Origin: Sphyrna mokarran | Lineage: Eukaryota | Direction of reading: 5' to 3' | DNA: 64,000 nt | NCBI GenBank assembly: GCA_024679065.1 | Contig: JAGIQG010000004.1 | Span: 55,304,001 to 55,368,000 of the forward strand | In this document: one piece after another, positions 61,059 to 64,000 of the stretch | Numbering within the stretch: position 1 is the stretch's first letter | How the letters are laid out: each line of letters begins with the position of its first letter | Notes under the pieces: generated by a model | What the model saw: the letters and a program-made list of their open reading frames with translations, nothing else | Databases searched by the model: none | Told to the model about the DNA's origin: nothing | Position numbers and translations under genes: made by a program

Positions 61059-61194
61059 ATGCTAAATGATGAGGTTATCAGGCTGAACAGCATTATGTAT
61101 CAGGCCAGTCAGGCACTAAACTGCTGTACAGACGAAGAGCATGGTAAAGGCTCAAGAGAAGAAGCAGAAGCAGAACGTCACCTACTTATTGCTT
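61059..61194 (+). CDS. ANLN: Anillin-like coding exon, start of the Rho-binding/anillin-homology region ([45 protein letters not shown])
   Basis: TTCCTAG acceptor, T|GTGAGT donor, 136 nt, phase 0-1; near-identical to anillin [32 protein letters not shown]. Confidence 0.96.
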
Positions 61195-61464
61195 GTGAGT
61201 AACAGAGGGATAACAGGAAACCAAAACTTGACAGAGATATGATGATGTCAGAGGGTGGAACTGTTCCACACAGTGAAACTAATCAAAAGTGGAAACACTT
61301 GTGCAGCAGTAATTTTCTGCCTGATCATTACTGAAATCAAATCAGCCACTCCATTAATGGTGCACAATTTAACATGTTGACCATGAGTGTTACAATTGAT
61401 TTTAAATCAGTTGCATTAAAGTACCCACTGCCAACATGATAGGTGGTAATATAGAATATCAATT

Positions 61465-62092
61465 TTTATTTTTTTCATGGGGCATGGGTTTAACTAGCAT
61501 GATCAGTCTTTGAAAGTAGTAGTGTTCCCATTCATGTGCCTTTGTCCTCCTAAGTGATTGAGGTCACTGGTTTGGACACTGCTGTCATAGGAGCCTTTGA
61601 GTTACTGCAGTGCATCTTCTACATTTTGTACACTGCTTTTATTGTGTGTTGGTGGTGGAGAGAGTAAATGTTTCATGTAATTAATGGTTCAAGTGGACTA
61701 CCTTTTTTCCTTGGTTTGGAGCTTCATTTATCAAGGATGTTATTCCATTACACTGCTGACATGTTCTTTGTAATGTTGGACAGGTTTTGGTGAGTCAACA
61801 GGCAAACTTCGGTGATGACACCACCGTTAAATGGAGACATTTAGATCCTTTTTGGAGATGGTCATTGGCTGGCACTTGTGTGCCATAAATGTTCCTTGTC
61901 ACTTCAGTGGAATAATCATCCATTCAGCTCTTTTAAGCTGAAAATGCTACAGCTTTGTCTTTTACAATGACATGCTGGAGTCTGCCATCACTGGGGATAG
62001 TGGAGAGCCACCTCCCCTGATGTGATAGAACTGCAGAGTTTAGTTCCTATTTGATTGTGGGATTGCTTAGTCTGTTTACTAAATGCTGTTGG
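61465..62092 (-). mobile_element. Decayed LINE (family of 47812-48345)
   Basis: TTCATGGGGCATGGG tail, TGCAGTGCATCTT..GTACACTGCT..GGTGGTGGAG, GGAGATGGTCATTGGCTGGCACTTGTGTG. Confidence 0.6.
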
Positions 62093-62093
62093 A

Positions 62094-63349
62094 CATAACA
62101 TAAGAAATAGGAGCAGGAGTAGGCCGTCCAGCCCCTTGAGCCTGCTCTGCCATTCAATAAGATCATGGCTGATCTGACAGTGGGTTTGGTTCCAATTGCC
62201 CGCCCGCTCCCCATAACCTTTAATTCCCTTTTATTGTTTTAAAATTTATCTGTGACTTAAACACATTGAACAAGGTAGCCTCTACTTGACTGAGCAGAGG
62301 ATTCCAAAGATTCACTACCCTCTGGCAGAAGTAGTTCCTCCTCAACTGTTTTCTAAACTGATTCCTCCATATTTTGAAGCTATGCCCCCTAGTTCTTGGT
62401 ACCATTGTAAGGGAAATAATCTTGCTTCTTCTACCCTGTCTAAACCACCCCCCACCCCCAGTTATCTTGTATGGGTCTATAAGATCTCTCCTCAACCTTC
62501 TAAACTCCAATGAGTACAGGCCCAGTCTACTCAAACTCTCTTCGTAAGCTAACCCCCTCATCTCCAGAATCAACTTGGTGAACCTTTTTCTGTACCCCCT
62601 CCAATGCTAATATATCCCTTCTTAAATAAGATGACCAAAATTATACACAGTACTCTAATGTGGCTTCACCAGTACCTTGTACAGTTGCAACACGACTTCC
62701 CTGCTTTTATACTCCATCCCTCTCACAATAAAGGCCAACATTCCATTTGCTTCCTTGATTACTGCTGCACCTCCAAACCGTAATTTTGTGATTCTTGCAC
62801 AAGGACTCCAGGTCCTTCTACATAGTAGCATGTTGTAATTTTTCACTGTTTAAATAATAGTCCATTTTACTATTATTTCTTCCAAATTGGATAACCTCTC
62901 ATTTACCAACATTATACTCTATATCTGTCAGATACTTACCCACCTCACTTAGCATATCCAGTTCTCTCTGCAGACTGTGTCCTCCATGCAGTTTGCATTC
63001 CCTTGCATCTTTGTGTTATTTGCAAACTTTGTTACCCTACACTTGGTCCCCTCCTCCTGCTCATCTATGTATACGGTAAATAGTTGAGGCCCCAGCACAG
63101 ATTCCTGCAGCACGCCACTAGTCACTGATTGCTAACTGGAAAAGCACCCATTTATTCCGACTCTCTGCTTTCTCTTAGCCAGTCCTCAATCCACGCTAAC
63201 ACTTTACCCCCAACTCCATGTACCTTTTTATGCAACAACCTTTTGTGAGGGACCTTATCAAATGCCTTCTGGAAATCTAAATACACCACATCCATTGGTT
63301 TCCCTCTGTCAACCGCACTTGTTATATCCTCGTGAAATTCCAGTAAATT
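62094..63349 (-). mobile_element. Decayed CR1 LINE 3' part
   Basis: ANGMLAFIVRGMEYKSREVVLQLYKVLVKPH, LGLYSLEFRRLRRDLI; tail ACATAAGAAATAGGAGCAGGAGTAGGCC on the + strand. Confidence 0.9.
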
Positions 63350-64000
63350 GATGGCATTTACCCCAGGCTGCTAAGGGAGTTGAGGGAAGACTTGGCTGGG
63401 CCTCTGACGCAAGTCTTTGTCTCTTCCTTGGACACAGGTGAGGTCCCAGAGGACTGGAGGATAGCAAACGTAGTACCGTTGTTTAAAAAAGGTCAGAGGG
63501 ATCACCCAGGGAACTATAGGCCGGTGAGCTTGACTTCAGTTATAGGTAAGCTAATGGAGAGGATCCTTAGGGACAGGATGTATGAGCATCTGGAGCGCTG
63601 CGATCTGATCAGGGATACGCAGCATGGCTTCGTCAAGGGGAAGTCTTGTCTTACGAATCTAGTGGAATTTTTTGAAGAAGTGACAAAAACAGTTGATGAA
63701 GGACAGGCTGTTGATGTCGTCTACATGGATTTCAGTAAGGCGTTTGACAAGGTTCCTCATGGTAGACTGATAGAGAAGGTGAAGGCGCATGGGATACAGG
63801 GTCGGGTATGTAGATGGGTCGAGAACTGGCTCGGGAGGAGGAGACAGAGGGTAGTAGTGGAAGGCTCTTTTTCCGGCTGGAAGCCTGTCACTAGTGGAGT
63901 GCCACAAGGCTCAGTACTAGGTCCTCTTCTATTTGTGGTCTACATAAACGACTTGGAAGTAGGGGTAGGTGGTGAGATCAGCAAATTTGCTGATGACACC
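63350..64000 (+). mobile_element. Very young CR1 LINE RT, uninterrupted frame of 217 codons running off the window end
   Basis: [85 protein letters not shown] with no stops and many CpGs retained. Confidence 0.95.

Larger units (their letters stand above)
19975..61194 (+). other. ANLN: Anillin-family gene span (5' part; continues beyond the window), probably a divergent paralogue
   Basis: Chain of GT-AG exons with compatible phases encoding SVKSRLHRLAEQRKAWD, ITPSTKAIQE, EREQELAMLR, YSIDLYRTQR and [32 protein letters not shown] in anillin order. Confidence 0.9.

Overview
Eukaryotic (vertebrate) genomic DNA, most likely from a shark or other elasmobranch. It is dominated by CR1, L2, Rex1/Babar and RTE LINE relics, HE1-type V-SINEs, other tRNA-derived SINEs, Penelope-like hairpins and one decayed near-complete Gypsy LTR element. 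The only host gene I can support is a + strand anillin-family gene. It has a small CpG-rich promoter with a CDE/CHR-like module at ~19.9-20.0 kb, a non-coding first exon, and 12-13 phase-compatible coding exons from 24765 to 61194. The gene continues beyond the window, so the C2 and PH exons are not present. The protein is divergent: it lacks the MDPFTEKLLERTRARRENL N-terminus and has a shortened myosin/actin-binding region, which suggests an anillin paralogue rather than the canonical orthologue (inference). Most ORFs in the supplied track are retroelement fragments or chance ORFs. I see no evidence of a prokaryotic system. All family assignments come from motif recognition by eye, not from database searches.
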